From: Candidatus Eiseniibacteriota bacterium | GTDB taxonomy: Bacteria > Eisenbacteria > RBG-16-71-46 > CAZAMP01 | DNA: 64,000 nt | Direction of reading: 5' to 3' | Assembly (NCBI GenBank): GCA_965224245.1 | Contig: OZ245046.1 | Span: 3,424,001 to 3,488,000 of the forward strand | Shown here: positions 41,667-56,230 of the stretch, piece after piece | Layout: each line of letters opens with the position of its first letter | Numbering within the stretch: position 1 is the stretch's first letter | Translations under genes and position numbers: made by a program | The notes under the pieces: model-generated | The model's database searches: none | Told to the model about the DNA's origin: nothing | Seen by the model: only the letters and a program-made list of their open reading frames with translations

Positions 41667-42832
41667 ACTCCTCAAAACAAAGACGGCGGCGGACGGCCCG
41701 CCTCCGAGGGTCCGATCATCGGGCCTGCGCGCCCCGCGCGCAATCGCGGGTTCCCCGAACCGGCCGCGCGGGCGGGCCACCTCTCGTTCGAGAGTGGGTC
41801 CCCGGACCGCGCTGATACCCGGAGCCGGGCATTTTCCTCGGACCGCGCGCGCCCCGACGGGGCCGGCTCGGTCAGGTGCTCCAGCTCTGCAGGAGCTCCA
41901 TGTAGTTCCCGCGCTCGTACGCGCCCGGATCCGGGGAGCGGCTCAGGTTCATGCTCCCCTGCATCTGCCGCAGCGACTCGTACTCGTGCGCCTCGAGCCA
42001 CGTCGTGAGCTCGGACTTGACCGCGCTCAGGTGATCGGGCCCCCGACGCAGCAACGACGACACCATCTGGACCGCGTGCGCCCCGCACATGATCGACTTG
42101 ACGACGTCGGCGCTGGAGTGGACGCCCCCGGTGATCGCCAGTGAGAGCTCGGTCTGCTCCGAGAGAATGGCCAGCCAGCGAAGTCGCAGGAGCAGCTCGT
42201 CGGACGTGCTGAGTCGTAGCGATCGCGTGACCGTCAGCTCCTCGATGTCGAGGTCGGGCTGGTAGAAGCGATTGAAGACGACGAGCCCCGCGGCGCCGGC
42301 GCGGAACAGCTCCCGCGAGAGGTGCGGCAGCGCGGTGAAGAACGGCGAGATCTTCACCGCGATGGGAATGTGAATCTGCGCGCTCGTCGCGTGCACCATC
42401 TGCACCAGCCGGCGCTCGATGCTCGCGGCGTCCTCGGCGGGATCGGTGGCCAGGAAGTACACGTTCAGCTCGAGCGCGTCGGCTCCGGCCTCGGCGAGCT
42501 GCTTGGCGAAGCGCAGCCATCCCCCCATGCTGGTGCCGTTGAGCGAGGCGATCACCGGGACGTCCACCGCGTCCTTCACCCGGCGCAGGTGCGCGAGGTA
42601 CTCGTCGATGCCCATCGCGAACGTGGGCGTGGACGGGAAGAAGCTCATCGCCTCGGCGAAACCCTCGCTGTGGCTGTCGAGGTGGGCGAGCGCGCCGAGC
42701 TGGTCGGCCACGATCTGCTCCTCGAACAGCGACCGCAACACGATGGCGCCCGCGCCGGCGTCCTCGAGCGCCCGCACCGAGTCCAGCTCGTCGGCCAGCG
42801 GGGACGCGCCGGGCATCAGCGGGTTTTCGAGC

Positions 42833-46507
<3,675 letters not shown>

Positions 46508-46690
46508 GACGATGTCCCAGGCGAGAGGTTCGGGGTCGAGGGCGGGCACCTCGGAGGGCTGTATGTTGGAGGTCCGTGTCCCAAGGGGGGCTCGGATCCG
46601 AGATGCCCGCAGCGTTCGCACCGGACAAGACTCGGTGATCGAGTCCCCCGGAACCATAAGGGGTTTCCGTAGCGGAAGTTGCGAGAACCG

Positions 46691-47884
46691 CTATGCGGGA
46701 TTCGGCGTACCGTTCGCGTGCCCCGATCGGGCTGCGTCCCGGGCGTTTTCGGGGATCGCGGAGGCGATGACGGCGCCCCCGACGACACGATCGCCGTCGT
46801 AGAAGGCCGCGGACTGACCCGGCGTCACCGAATCTCCGGGCGAATCGAAGCGGAACGCGACGCGACCATCCGACCGGAGTTCGAGCGTGCCCGGAGCGCC
46901 GGCGTGGCGATATCGGATCTTCGCGCTCACCCGTAGCGGCTCAGACGGTGGCTCGCACGAGACCCAGTTCACGTCGCGACCGACGAACCCCGCGGACGCC
47001 AGCGCATCGCGCGGCCCGACCGTGACCACGTTGTCCGAGGCGTCGAGGCCGACCACGTACAGCGGCTCGTCGTGCGAGATGCCGAGACCGCGGCGCTGGC
47101 CGATGGTGTAGTGCGCGACGCCCCGGTGCTCCCCGAGCGTCGACCCGTCGACGTGCCGGATCGAACCCGCGCGAAGGGCCACCGGCCGTGCGGCCGACCG
47201 CCCCGTACGCTCCCCGGCGCGAAGCTCGACGAAGCGCGCGTAGTCGCCGTCGGGCACGAAGCAGATGTCCTGGCTGTCGATCTTCTCCGCCACGGGAATG
47301 CCACCGCGACGCGCGTGCGCCCGGATCTCGTCCTTGGTGTACGCACCGATCGGAAGCATGGTGTGGCGGAGCACGTCGCGCTCGACCGACCAGAGCGCGT
47401 ACGACTGGTCCTTGTCGGGGTCCACGCCGCGCCGGAGCTCGACACCGTCCGGCGTCTCAAAGAGACGCGCGTAGTGCCCCGTGGCCACGCGGTCGGCCCC
47501 CGCCGCCCGCGCCTTCTCGAGCAGCGCGCCGAACTTCACGTGCTGGTTGCAGAGCACGCACGGGTTCGGGGTCCGCCCGGCGAGGTACTCGTCGACGAAC
47601 CGGTCCACCACCCGCTCGGTGAAGCGATCCTCGAAGTCCAGCACGTAGTGGCGGATGCCGAGCACGTCGCACGTGGCGCGGGCATCCTCGATCGCCGACA
47701 GCGAGCAGCAGCTGCGGGGGCCGGCGTCGCGGTCCCCGTAGCACCAGAGCTTGAGCGTCACACCGAAGACGTCGTGGCCCGCCTCCACCAGGAGCTGCGC
47801 GGCGACCGCGGAATCCACGCCGCCGCTCATCGCCACCGCGACGCGTCCGGACCGGGCGGATCGACTCGGGGTGCTCGGGCTCAC
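46691..47884 (-). CDS. mnmA: tRNA 2-thiouridylase MnmA
   Basis: AMSGGVDS, TPNPCVLCN, ATGHY, KDQSY, DSQDICF, TIGQRRG, PGQSA. Confidence 0.96.
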   Translation of the reverse strand: MSPSTPSRSARSGRVAVAMSGGVDSAVAAQLLVEAGHDVFGVTLKLWCYGDRDAGPRSCCSLSAIEDARATCDVLGIRHYVLDFEDRFTERVVDRFVDEYLAGRTPNPCVLCNQHVKFGALLEKARAAGADRVATGHYARLFETPDGVELRRGVDPDKDQSYALWSVERDVLRHTMLPIGAYTKDEIRAHARRGGIPVAEKIDSQDICFVPDGDYARFVELRAGERTGRSAARPVALRAGSIRHVDGSTLGEHRGVAHYTIGQRRGLGISHDEPLYVVGLDASDNVVTVGPRDALASAGFVGRDVNWVSCEPPSEPLRVSAKIRYRHAGAPGTLELRSDGRVAFRFDSPGDSVTPGQSAAFYDGDRVVGGAVIASAIPENARDAARSGHANGTPNPA

Positions 47885-49035
47885 GGCGTATCCTCGCGTC
47901 GGCGCGCGATCGCGCCCAGTCGGGTCGCGATCGCCAGCGCCTCGTCTCGGGTGTTCTGGCGACCGAAGCTCACCCGGATCGCCGACCGAGCGAGCGCCGG
48001 ATCGACGCCCATCGCCGCCAGCACGTGCGATGGCTCGAGGGCGCCGGTCGTGCACGCCGCCCCACTCGACACCGCGACGTCGGCCAGGTCGAGCGCGATC
48101 AGGGTCGCCGCGGCGTCGGTGTCCGGGATGAGCACCGCGCTCGTTCCGGGCACGCGCGGCGCCCCGCCGCCCGCCACGACGAGGCCGGGGCATGCATCGC
48201 GAACCGCCTCCTCGAATGCCCGGGTGAGGTCTGCGAGTCGAGAAGCATACGTGGCCTGCTCGGTCGCAGCCAGCTCGCACGCCACGCCCAGCCCCACGGC
48301 CGCCGCGACGTCGGGCGTGCCGCCGCGACGGCCCGCCTCCTGTCCGCCCCCCACGACGAGCGGCGTCAACGGAGCGCCCCGGCGCGCGACCAGGGCCCCG
48401 ATCCCCCGGGGTCCGTAAATCTTGTGCCCCGACAGCGACAGATAGTCGACGCCGGTGGACCCCACGTCCACCGGCATCCGGCCCAGCGCCTGCACGGCGT
48501 CGGTGTGTGCGCGCGCCCCCGCCGCGTGCGCGATCCGGACCACCTCGGCCACGTCCTGGACGACTCCGGTCTCGTTGTTGGCGGTCATGACCGAGACGAG
48601 GACCGTATCGGGCGTCACGAGCCGGTCGAGCGCCCCGAGATCCACGCGTCCCTCGGGATCCACCGGCGCGTGCGTGCCACGCCAGCCGGATCGGGCCAGC
48701 ACGTCGACGGCCGCGAGCACGGCGTGGTGCTCCACGCTCGAGGCCACGACGTGTCGCCGGCCCTCGTCCGCGCGCTCGTCCGCGGCGCCCAGCGCGCCGC
48801 CGAGGACGGCCAGGTTGTCGGATTCGGTCCCGCCGGACGTGAAGATCACGTCGCGGGGCTCCGCGCCCACCGCCGATGCCACCCGGCGCCGGGCCACCTC
48901 CAGGAGCCGGCGCGCGTCCTGTCCGAGCCGGTGAAGGCTCGCGGGGTTACCCGCTCCGGCGACCGCGGCCGAGGCGACGGCCTCGCGCACCTCGTCGCGC
49001 ACCGGCGTGGTGGCGTTGTGATCGGCGTAGATCAT
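47881..49035 (-). CDS. Cysteine desulfurase (IscS/NifS family)
   Basis: YADHNATTP, FTSGGTES, ANNETG, HTDAVQ, SGHKIYGP, SSGAAC. Confidence 0.95.
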   Translation of the reverse strand: MIYADHNATTPVRDEVREAVASAAVAGAGNPASLHRLGQDARRLLEVARRRVASAVGAEPRDVIFTSGGTESDNLAVLGGALGAADERADEGRRHVVASSVEHHAVLAAVDVLARSGWRGTHAPVDPEGRVDLGALDRLVTPDTVLVSVMTANNETGVVQDVAEVVRIAHAAGARAHTDAVQALGRMPVDVGSTGVDYLSLSGHKIYGPRGIGALVARRGAPLTPLVVGGGQEAGRRGGTPDVAAAVGLGVACELAATEQATYASRLADLTRAFEEAVRDACPGLVVAGGGAPRVPGTSAVLIPDTDAAATLIALDLADVAVSSGAACTTGALEPSHVLAAMGVDPALARSAIRVSFGRQNTRDEALAIATRLGAIARRREDTP

Positions 49036-49075
49036 CGTGGTCGCTCCGGCTGAGGTCGGGAGCGCCCGAGGACGC

Positions 49076-49690
49076 TCAGGACCCGACGTCGGCCGGGTCG
49101 ATCACCCGGAGCGTCATCGGCACCGGGCTCTCCGGATGCCCGGCCACGTCCGCGGGCTCGCTCGCGATCAGATCGGCGATCTCGTATCCACGCACGACGC
49201 GGGCGAACTGGGTGTACATGCCGTCCAGGTGCGCCGCGCGCCCGAGCGTGATGAAGAACTGACAGCTCGCGCCATCGAGGCGGTAGTCGCGGGCCATGCC
49301 GACCGAGCCGCGCGTGAACGGGCGCCCTGACGGCTCGAGCGGGAGCCGCGCGTCCTCGATCCCCCCGTAGCCGTCGTTGGCCGGGTCCTCGTCACGCGAG
49401 TTGGGATCGCCCCCCTGCAGGACGAAGCCGCTCAGCGTGCGGTGGAACGTCGTGCCGTCGTAGAAGCCCTGCCGCACGAGCTCGAGGAAGCGCTCCACGT
49501 GACGCGGTGCGAGATCGGGCATCATCTCGATCACGATCGATCCCGGCGGCGTGTCGATCGAGACGCGCGTGCCGGACACGGGGGGGTCGGGGTGACCGGG
49601 GATCTCGTCCGGCGCGGGCTGGGGCTGCGGCGCAGCCGTCGCCACCCATCCGAGCACCATCGCCGTCATGAGGGCGGCGACGGTGCTCAC
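49076..49690 (-). CDS. Exported cyclophilin-type peptidyl-prolyl isomerase
   Basis: APRHVERF, FYDGTTFHR, QGGDP, VGMAR, QFFI, HLDGMYTQF; start uncertain. Confidence 0.9.
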   Translation of the reverse strand: MSTVAALMTAMVLGWVATAAPQPQPAPDEIPGHPDPPVSGTRVSIDTPPGSIVIEMMPDLAPRHVERFLELVRQGFYDGTTFHRTLSGFVLQGGDPNSRDEDPANDGYGGIEDARLPLEPSGRPFTRGSVGMARDYRLDGASCQFFITLGRAAHLDGMYTQFARVVRGYEIADLIASEPADVAGHPESPVPMTLRVIDPADVGS

Positions 49691-49719
49691 ATGGGCTACG
49701 CGGCCGCATCCGACGCACC

Positions 49720-50931
49720 TCACTGCTGCGAGGCGACCTTGCGGGCGCGGGCGGCCTTGATGCGGTCGTCCATCCGGCCGACCTCCTCGGTACAGTATCC
49801 GACGTATCGCTTCCACTTGTCCGTGCAGGGATTGGCGACCACGCTCTCGAACTCGGCCTTGGCGCTCATGTACTTCTGGGCCGCACCGTCGAAGTTGCCG
49901 GCCTTCTCCATCTCGATTCCCTGGCCTTCCAGGCCCTTGCCGAGCGCGGCCTTGGCGCCGCAGTTGGCGGGCTCGATCTCCAGCGCGCGCTGGGCCGCCG
50001 TGACGCACTTGGTGTAGTCCTGTGCATCCTTGTAGATGAAGGCCAGCGAGATCCACAGGCCGACGTCGTCGGCGTACTGCTCGTGCTCGACCACCTTCTC
50101 CATGACGGCCGTCGCCTCGTCGAACTGCTTGATCGCCTTCAGGTAGTTCGCGTAGCGCCACATGTCGCTGGCCCGTCTGGCCGTGTACTCGATGCCCTCG
50201 GTGCCGTCGGGCGGCCACAGGAGCTCGAACATGCGCTGGTACACGGGCAGGCACCGGCTGTAAACCTTTGCCATGCCATAGGTTCGAGCCACGAACGACA
50301 TCGAGACCTCGTCGTCGGGGTCGCGCAGCAGGAGGCGTTCGGCGACCGTGAGCCGCGGCAGCCGCATCCTCGGCACCTGTGCCATGTAGCTGTTGAGCTC
50401 GCTGATGAGCCGCAGAGAGTCGGGGCGGATCTCGAAGGCCTGGGCCGACGCCATGATCGCGTCCGGATTCTGGTCGACCGAGTACGCCGCCCGCGCGAGC
50501 TGTCCCCAGTAGTTGATGTCGTCGGGGTTCTCGCGAATGAGCTCCTTGTAGACGTTGATCCCCTCGTCGAACTGCTCGGAGCGGACCAGCGCGTTGGCCA
50601 GGAGCTCACGGATGCCGAGGTTGGCGGGGTCCCGCTCGTTGCCGGCCTTGAGCGTCTTCACGGCGTCCGCATACTGCTGCATCTTGGTCTCGCAGCGGCC
50701 CTTGTAGAAGTAGCCCTCCACGAAGTCGGGGCAGGCTTCGACGACCGTGGTGAACAGCTCGAGCGCGTCGGGCACCTGCTGGCTGCGCCAGTACTCCACA
50801 CCCGCGCGGAAGTCGCGATTGCACTTCTCCTCGATGTCGAACGACTCGTCCTGCGCCATGGCGCCCGACCCGAGAAGCGCCACCAGCGCGACGACCCCCG
50901 TCCCCACCCGCTTGCTCTGGCACCAACCCAT
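49720..50931 (-). CDS. Exported tetratricopeptide repeat protein
   Basis: Signal peptide; repeated helical TPR patterns; AAGGAG RBS. Confidence 0.85.
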   Translation of the reverse strand: MGWCQSKRVGTGVVALVALLGSGAMAQDESFDIEEKCNRDFRAGVEYWRSQQVPDALELFTTVVEACPDFVEGYFYKGRCETKMQQYADAVKTLKAGNERDPANLGIRELLANALVRSEQFDEGINVYKELIRENPDDINYWGQLARAAYSVDQNPDAIMASAQAFEIRPDSLRLISELNSYMAQVPRMRLPRLTVAERLLLRDPDDEVSMSFVARTYGMAKVYSRCLPVYQRMFELLWPPDGTEGIEYTARRASDMWRYANYLKAIKQFDEATAVMEKVVEHEQYADDVGLWISLAFIYKDAQDYTKCVTAAQRALEIEPANCGAKAALGKGLEGQGIEMEKAGNFDGAAQKYMSAKAEFESVVANPCTDKWKRYVGYCTEEVGRMDDRIKAARARKVASQQ

Positions 50932-50966
50932 CACCACACTCCTTTCACGCTCGCACGAGCCGCTCG

Positions 50967-51617
50967 CTACGAACGACGAGAGAGGATCGTCTCGACCACG
51001 CCGATGTTCTCCTCGGCGGCCTCGGCCGCGTCGGTGCCCGGAGCCAGCTCGATGACCTTCTGCCACTTCCGGATGGCCTCGCGGTAGATGCCCGCGTCCG
51101 CGAACGCGACCGCGATCTGATAGTAGGCCTCGTAGGACGTCGGATCGAGCTCGAGCGCTCGGCGGAACTCGGTCATCGCGTCGTAGTAGTTCCCGGTGCT
51201 GTAGAACGCGCTCCCGAGGTTCACGTGGGCGCGCGTGTCGTCCGGACGCACCTCGAGCGCCTCGCGCAGGTACTCGATGGCCCTGGGCGTCTCACCCTGC
51301 TCGTTGAGGAGGGCCCCGAGGTTGACCAGGACCTCGACGTAATCCGGCTTCAGGCTGAGCGCGGCCTCGTACGACGCGACCGCGTCCGCGCGCCGCGAGA
51401 GCTCACTGTAGACGTTGCCGAGCTCGAAGTAGTACGTGGGATCGTCCGCCCGGTCGGCACTCTGCGCCTGGAGCTGCTCGAGCTCGGCGGTCAGATCGTC
51501 GACCTTCTTCAGGGCCTCGGTCACGGCATCCTCGCTCTGGGCGAGCACCGATCCGGGGATGGCGAGCGCCGTCAGGAGCGCGGCGGTGAGTCCGATGGCG
51601 ATCGAGCGTGTCTTCAT
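50967..51617 (-). CDS. Exported tetratricopeptide repeat protein
   Basis: Signal peptide; YFELGNVY, VNLGALL, HVNLGSAFY repeats; GGAGG RBS. Confidence 0.9.
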   Translation of the reverse strand: MKTRSIAIGLTAALLTALAIPGSVLAQSEDAVTEALKKVDDLTAELEQLQAQSADRADDPTYYFELGNVYSELSRRADAVASYEAALSLKPDYVEVLVNLGALLNEQGETPRAIEYLREALEVRPDDTRAHVNLGSAFYSTGNYYDAMTEFRRALELDPTSYEAYYQIAVAFADAGIYREAIRKWQKVIELAPGTDAAEAAEENIGVVETILSRRS

Positions 51618-51764
51618 GTTCGGTTCTTCCTCCGGACGACGGGAGACCACGAGTTGATCGGCTGAGAACTGTAACAGCTCGGGCCGCGTCGTTTCCCGGG
51701 ATTCTGCCGCTCCCGCGATCTCATCCGGCGAGCCCGACGACCCGCGGGACCGCCCGGGCCGCCG

Positions 51765-52487
51765 TCAGGCGCCGATCAGCCGGGGCAGGATGGCGCCCGC
51801 CTTTCCCCCGAGGTGGATCGCGACGTGCTCGGTCAGAGGCGTCGGGACCGGGTTGACCTCGATCACCTCGGCACCGGTACCGAGCGCCAGCTCGGGCAGC
51901 GCCGCCGCCGGATAGACGAGGCTCGACGTTCCCACCACCAGCACGACATCGCTCTGGACGGTGACCTCTTCGGCCCGTCTCAGCGCCTCCCCCGGAAGGG
52001 CCTCTCCAAACCAAACCACCGCGGGTCGGATCAGTTCCCCGCACGAGCACCGCCCCGGGGGGCCGGTGCGGGTCGGCATGTCGCCGCCCCCATTGACACA
52101 ACTCAAGTCGCTACAACGAGTTTTGAGGATCGAACCGTGCAGCTCGATCACGTCGTCCGACCCCGCGCGCTGGTGCAGACCATCGACGTTCTGGGTCACC
52201 ACGACGACCCGCTTCCGGCGGCCCAGGGCCGCGATCGCGGTGTGCCCGTCGTGGGGCGAGGCGTCGCGCACCAGGCCGGCGCGCCACTGGTACCACTCCC
52301 ACACGCGCTCGGGATGGCTGGCGAACGCCTGGGGACTGGCCAGCTCCTCGGCCCGGAATCCCCGCCAGAGCCCGTCAGGGCCGCGAAACGTGGGGACGCC
52401 GCTCTCGGCCGACATCCCGGCTCCGGTGATCACGACCACCCGCTCGGCGATCTCGAGCATGCCCCGGACCGCGGCCAGCTGGTTCAT
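51765..52487 (-). CDS. cobB: NAD-dependent protein deacylase (sirtuin)
   Basis: GAGMSAESGVPTFRG, WYQWR, TQNVDGLH, ELHG, RPAVVWFGE, GTS. Confidence 0.95.
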   Translation of the reverse strand: MNQLAAVRGMLEIAERVVVITGAGMSAESGVPTFRGPDGLWRGFRAEELASPQAFASHPERVWEWYQWRAGLVRDASPHDGHTAIAALGRRKRVVVVTQNVDGLHQRAGSDDVIELHGSILKTRCSDLSCVNGGGDMPTRTGPPGRCSCGELIRPAVVWFGEALPGEALRRAEEVTVQSDVVLVVGTSSLVYPAAALPELALGTGAEVIEVNPVPTPLTEHVAIHLGGKAGAILPRLIGA

Positions 52488-53395
52488 TCCCGTCCTCCGG
52501 CCGGCAGGTCCGGCGTACCCGGCGCGGTGTCTCCGCCGCCGACCCTCAGGTTGTGGAGCCCCATCACGATCAGCTGGAGGATGCCCGCCACGAACAGCGC
52601 GCCCAGCCCGAGGAAGAGCACGTGCAGCACGTCGTCGTTCTCGTCGATCAGCCCACCCCCGACCAGCGCGAGGAGGACGAGGTTGATCCCCGTCATCACC
52701 AGCCCCGACGAGCGCCCGTAGGCCGTGGGCTGGATCGCCACCCGCCCGTTTCGGAGATACAGGATCGTCACCCCGCCGAACAAGAGGACATACCGCGCCG
52801 CCACGAGACCCATCAGCCACCCCGGGATCCAGCCGCTCGCGTAGAAGCCGGAGTAGATCGCCACGATGTAGCCGACGTCGACGAGGGGATCCAGGATGAG
52901 CCCCAGCCGCGTCCCCATCGACCAGCGTCGCGCGATGAAGCCGTCCAGCACGTCCGAGAGCCCCGCGACGGCATACGCGAGCGTGGCCAGCACCAGATAC
53001 CCCTCCACGATGAACAGGTGGATCGCCGGGATCAGGAGGAGCCGGAACACGCTGAGCTGGTTCGGCAGCCCGATCCGCGATCGGGGCTGGCCGTCCGCGT
53101 CGCGCAGGAGCCCCAGATGCGCGAGCAGCCATACCGTGCCGGCCAGCACCCAGACGCTCTGGTGGAGGATGAAGCGGATCGCGACGCCGCCCTCGACGCG
53201 AAACGCCAGGCCCAGCGCGCCGGCCAGGAACAGGGCGTGGAAGCCGAGAGCGTTCACGAGCACCGATCGGACGGCGTCGGGGTTCGCCTCGGCCCGGCGC
53301 CTGGCCAGGCCGATGCACCGCCCGACGTACTCGGCGAACGCCGGGGGCGTGTATCTTCGGCGCCTCAGCACCTTCAGATACGGCTCTACGAACAT
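52484..53395 (-). CDS. CDP-alcohol phosphatidyltransferase family protein
   Basis: LPNQLSVFR, SDVLDGFIARR..TRLGLILDPLVD. Confidence 0.9.
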   Translation of the reverse strand: MFVEPYLKVLRRRRYTPPAFAEYVGRCIGLARRRAEANPDAVRSVLVNALGFHALFLAGALGLAFRVEGGVAIRFILHQSVWVLAGTVWLLAHLGLLRDADGQPRSRIGLPNQLSVFRLLLIPAIHLFIVEGYLVLATLAYAVAGLSDVLDGFIARRWSMGTRLGLILDPLVDVGYIVAIYSGFYASGWIPGWLMGLVAARYVLLFGGVTILYLRNGRVAIQPTAYGRSSGLVMTGINLVLLALVGGGLIDENDDVLHVLFLGLGALFVAGILQLIVMGLHNLRVGGGDTAPGTPDLPAGGRE

Positions 53396-53447
53396 CCATC
53401 GCCCCTGCGGGGGCGGCCGGGGTACGGCCGCCCGGATGGGGCCCGAG

Positions 53448-56168
53448 CTACGCGTCGAGCACGGCGCGGGCCGCCGCGAGCCGCGCCACCGGGACGCGGA
53501 ACGGTGAGCACGACACGTAGTCCAGGCCGAGCGAGTGGCAGAACACCACCGATCTCGGATCGCCTCCGTGCTCACCGCAGATGCCCAGCTTGATGCCCGG
53601 ATCGGCGGCCCGTCCCTTCTCGACCGCGATCCCGACCAGCGCGCCGACACCCTCGGCGTCGATGCTGACGAACGGATCCTCGTCGAGGATGCGCTTAGTG
53701 ACATAGTCGGGAAGGAACTTGCCGGCGTCGTCGCGACTCAGGCCAAACGTGGTCTGCGTCAGATCGTTCGTGCCGAACGAGAAGAAGTCGGCGTGCTCGG
53801 CCACGCGATCGGCGGTCAGTGCCGCGCGGGGCAGCTCGATCATCGTGCCGATGAGATAGGGAATCTCGAGGCCGCTCTCGCCGATGACCTCCGCGGCCAC
53901 GCGCTCCACGACCGCGCGCTGGAGCGCGAGCTCGTTGGCGTGGGACACCAGCGGAATCATGACCTCGGGATGGACCGGGATCCCCTCCCTGGCGACGTTC
54001 ACGGCCGCCTCGAAGATCGCGCGAGCCTGCATCTCGGTGATCTCCGGGTACTGGATGCCCAGCCGGCAGCCGCGGTGCCCGAGCATCGGGTTGGCCTCGG
54101 AGAGGTTCGCCACGAGGTCCTGGATCTCTTGAACCGAGATGCCCATGGAGTCGGCCACGCCGGTCAGCTCGGCCTCGCCGTGGGGCAGGAACTCGTGAAG
54201 CGGCGGATCCAGCGTCCGGATCGTGACCGGGCGACCCTCCATCGCGCGGAAGATCCCGATGAAATCCTCTCGCTGCATCGGAAGGAGCTTGGCCAGCGCC
54301 TCGCGCCGACCCTCCGCGTCCTTCGCGAGAATCATGCGCCGCACCTGGAGAATGCGATCGGCGTCGAAGAACATGTGCTCGGTGCGACACAGACCGATCC
54401 CCTCGGCCCCGAACGCGACCGCGTGGGCGGCGTCCTCGGGGGTGTCGGCGTTCGTACGCACGCGGAGCCGTCTCGCCTCGTCGGCCCAGCTCATCAGGCG
54501 GGCGTACTGCTGGTACACGGGAGCCTCGTCCGGCGCCAGCGACTTCTCGATCAGCACCTGGAGGATCTCCGACGGGCGGGTCGTGAGCGCCCCGACGATG
54601 ACCTCGCCGGTGAGCCCGTCGATCGAGATCGAGTCGCCCTCACGGAGGACTCGCCCGCCGACCTTGATCTCGGCCGCGGCGTAGTCGATCGCGAGCGCGC
54701 CACAGCCGACGACGCAGGGCTTACCCATGCCACGGGCGACGACGGCCGCGTGCGACGTCATGCCGCCACGCGCGGTCAGGACGCCCTCGGCGACGTGCAT
54801 GCCGTGGATGTCCTCGGGACTGGTCTCGACGCGCACCAGGACCACCGGCTCGCCGCGCCGCGCCCACTCGACCGCGTGGTCGGCGGTGAAGACGATCTTC
54901 CCGGTGGCCGCGCCGGGCCCGGCGTTGAGTCCGGTGGCCACCACGCGCTCCTCGGCGATCGCGCGCCGCTTCTCGTCCGCGTCGAAGATCGGGCTCAGGA
55001 GCTGCACGATCTGCTCGGGCTGGACGCGCCGGATGGCCGTCGTCGAGTCGATGAGCCCCTCGTCCACCATGTCCGTGGCGATGCGGAGCGCGGCGAATCC
55101 GGTGCGCTTGCCCGATCGCGTCTGGAGCATCCAGAGCTTGTCACGCTCGACGGTGAACTCGATGTCCTGCATGTCCTGATAGTGTGCCTCGAGCCGCCGC
55201 CGGATGTCGTCGAGCTGGCGATACGCCTCGGGCATCGCCTCTTCGAGGGGACGCTCGGGGTTCGAGCCGGCGCCCGCGCGGTTGATCGGGGCCGGCGTAC
55301 GGATGCCGGCGACGACGTCCTCGCCCTGCGCGTTGATCAGGTACTCACCGTAGAAGACGTTCTCCCCGGACGACGGGTCGCGCGAGAACGCGACCCCGGT
55401 CGCGCAGTCGTCCCCCAGGTTGCCGAAGACCATGGCCTGCACGTTGACGGCGGTCCCCCAGTCTCCGGGGATACGATGGATGCGGCGATACTCGCGGGCC
55501 CGTGGGATCTCCCAGGACTTGAACACCGCGCCGATCCCGCCCCAGAGCTGCTCCATCGGATCGTCGGGGAAGTCGCGTCCGGTGTGCTCGCGGATCGCGG
55601 CCTTGAACCGGGGAATCAGCGACTCCCAGTCCTCGGCGGTGAGCTCGTTGTCGCGCTCCACGCCCCGGCGCTCCTTGGTCGCGTGCAGGAGCCCCTCCAT
55701 CACGTCGCCGTCCACACCCATGACCACGTTGCCGTACATCTGGAGCAAGCGCCGATACGAGTCGAACGCGAAGCGACGATCACCGGAGTCCTCGATGAGT
55801 CCGGGCAGCGTGGCCTCGCAGAGACCGAGGTTGAGCACGGTGTCCATCATGCCCGGCATGGAATCGCGCGCGCCCGAGCGCACCGACACCAGGAGCGGGC
55901 GCTCACGGTCGCCGAACTTGCGTCCGACGATGGTCTCGATGTGCCGCAGGCCGGCCTCGACCTCGGCGCGGAGCTCGGCCGGGTAGGAGCCGTCGTGCGC
56001 GTGGTAGTACGTGCAGACGTTCGTGGCGATCGTGAACCCCGGAGGCACCGGAAGGCCGATGCGGCTCATCTCGGCGAGATTGGCCCCTTTGCCGCCCAGG
56101 ACGTCCCGCATCTTGGCGTGGCCGTCGGCCGATCCGCCGCCAAAGTGGTACACGTGTCGTGATGTCAT
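53448..56168 (-). CDS. ppdK: Pyruvate, phosphate dikinase
   Basis: [48 protein letters not shown]. Confidence 0.98.
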   Translation of the reverse strand: MTSRHVYHFGGGSADGHAKMRDVLGGKGANLAEMSRIGLPVPPGFTIATNVCTYYHAHDGSYPAELRAEVEAGLRHIETIVGRKFGDRERPLLVSVRSGARDSMPGMMDTVLNLGLCEATLPGLIEDSGDRRFAFDSYRRLLQMYGNVVMGVDGDVMEGLLHATKERRGVERDNELTAEDWESLIPRFKAAIREHTGRDFPDDPMEQLWGGIGAVFKSWEIPRAREYRRIHRIPGDWGTAVNVQAMVFGNLGDDCATGVAFSRDPSSGENVFYGEYLINAQGEDVVAGIRTPAPINRAGAGSNPERPLEEAMPEAYRQLDDIRRRLEAHYQDMQDIEFTVERDKLWMLQTRSGKRTGFAALRIATDMVDEGLIDSTTAIRRVQPEQIVQLLSPIFDADEKRRAIAEERVVATGLNAGPGAATGKIVFTADHAVEWARRGEPVVLVRVETSPEDIHGMHVAEGVLTARGGMTSHAAVVARGMGKPCVVGCGALAIDYAAAEIKVGGRVLREGDSISIDGLTGEVIVGALTTRPSEILQVLIEKSLAPDEAPVYQQYARLMSWADEARRLRVRTNADTPEDAAHAVAFGAEGIGLCRTEHMFFDADRILQVRRMILAKDAEGRREALAKLLPMQREDFIGIFRAMEGRPVTIRTLDPPLHEFLPHGEAELTGVADSMGISVQEIQDLVANLSEANPMLGHRGCRLGIQYPEITEMQARAIFEAAVNVAREGIPVHPEVMIPLVSHANELALQRAVVERVAAEVIGESGLEIPYLIGTMIELPRAALTADRVAEHADFFSFGTNDLTQTTFGLSRDDAGKFLPDYVTKRILDEDPFVSIDAEGVGALVGIAVEKGRAADPGIKLGICGEHGGDPRSVVFCHSLGLDYVSCSPFRVPVARLAAARAVLDA

Positions 56169-56230
56169 CGATGTCCTCGCTGTGGTCGGTGGTCGCGGAC
56201 GTCACGGCGCCGAGAGCGCCGGAGGGCTCC

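Noticed and set aside
51670-51700. Possible ECF sigma promoter GGAAAC..GTT upstream of the TPR genes
   Set aside because: Single weak match with uncertain spacing
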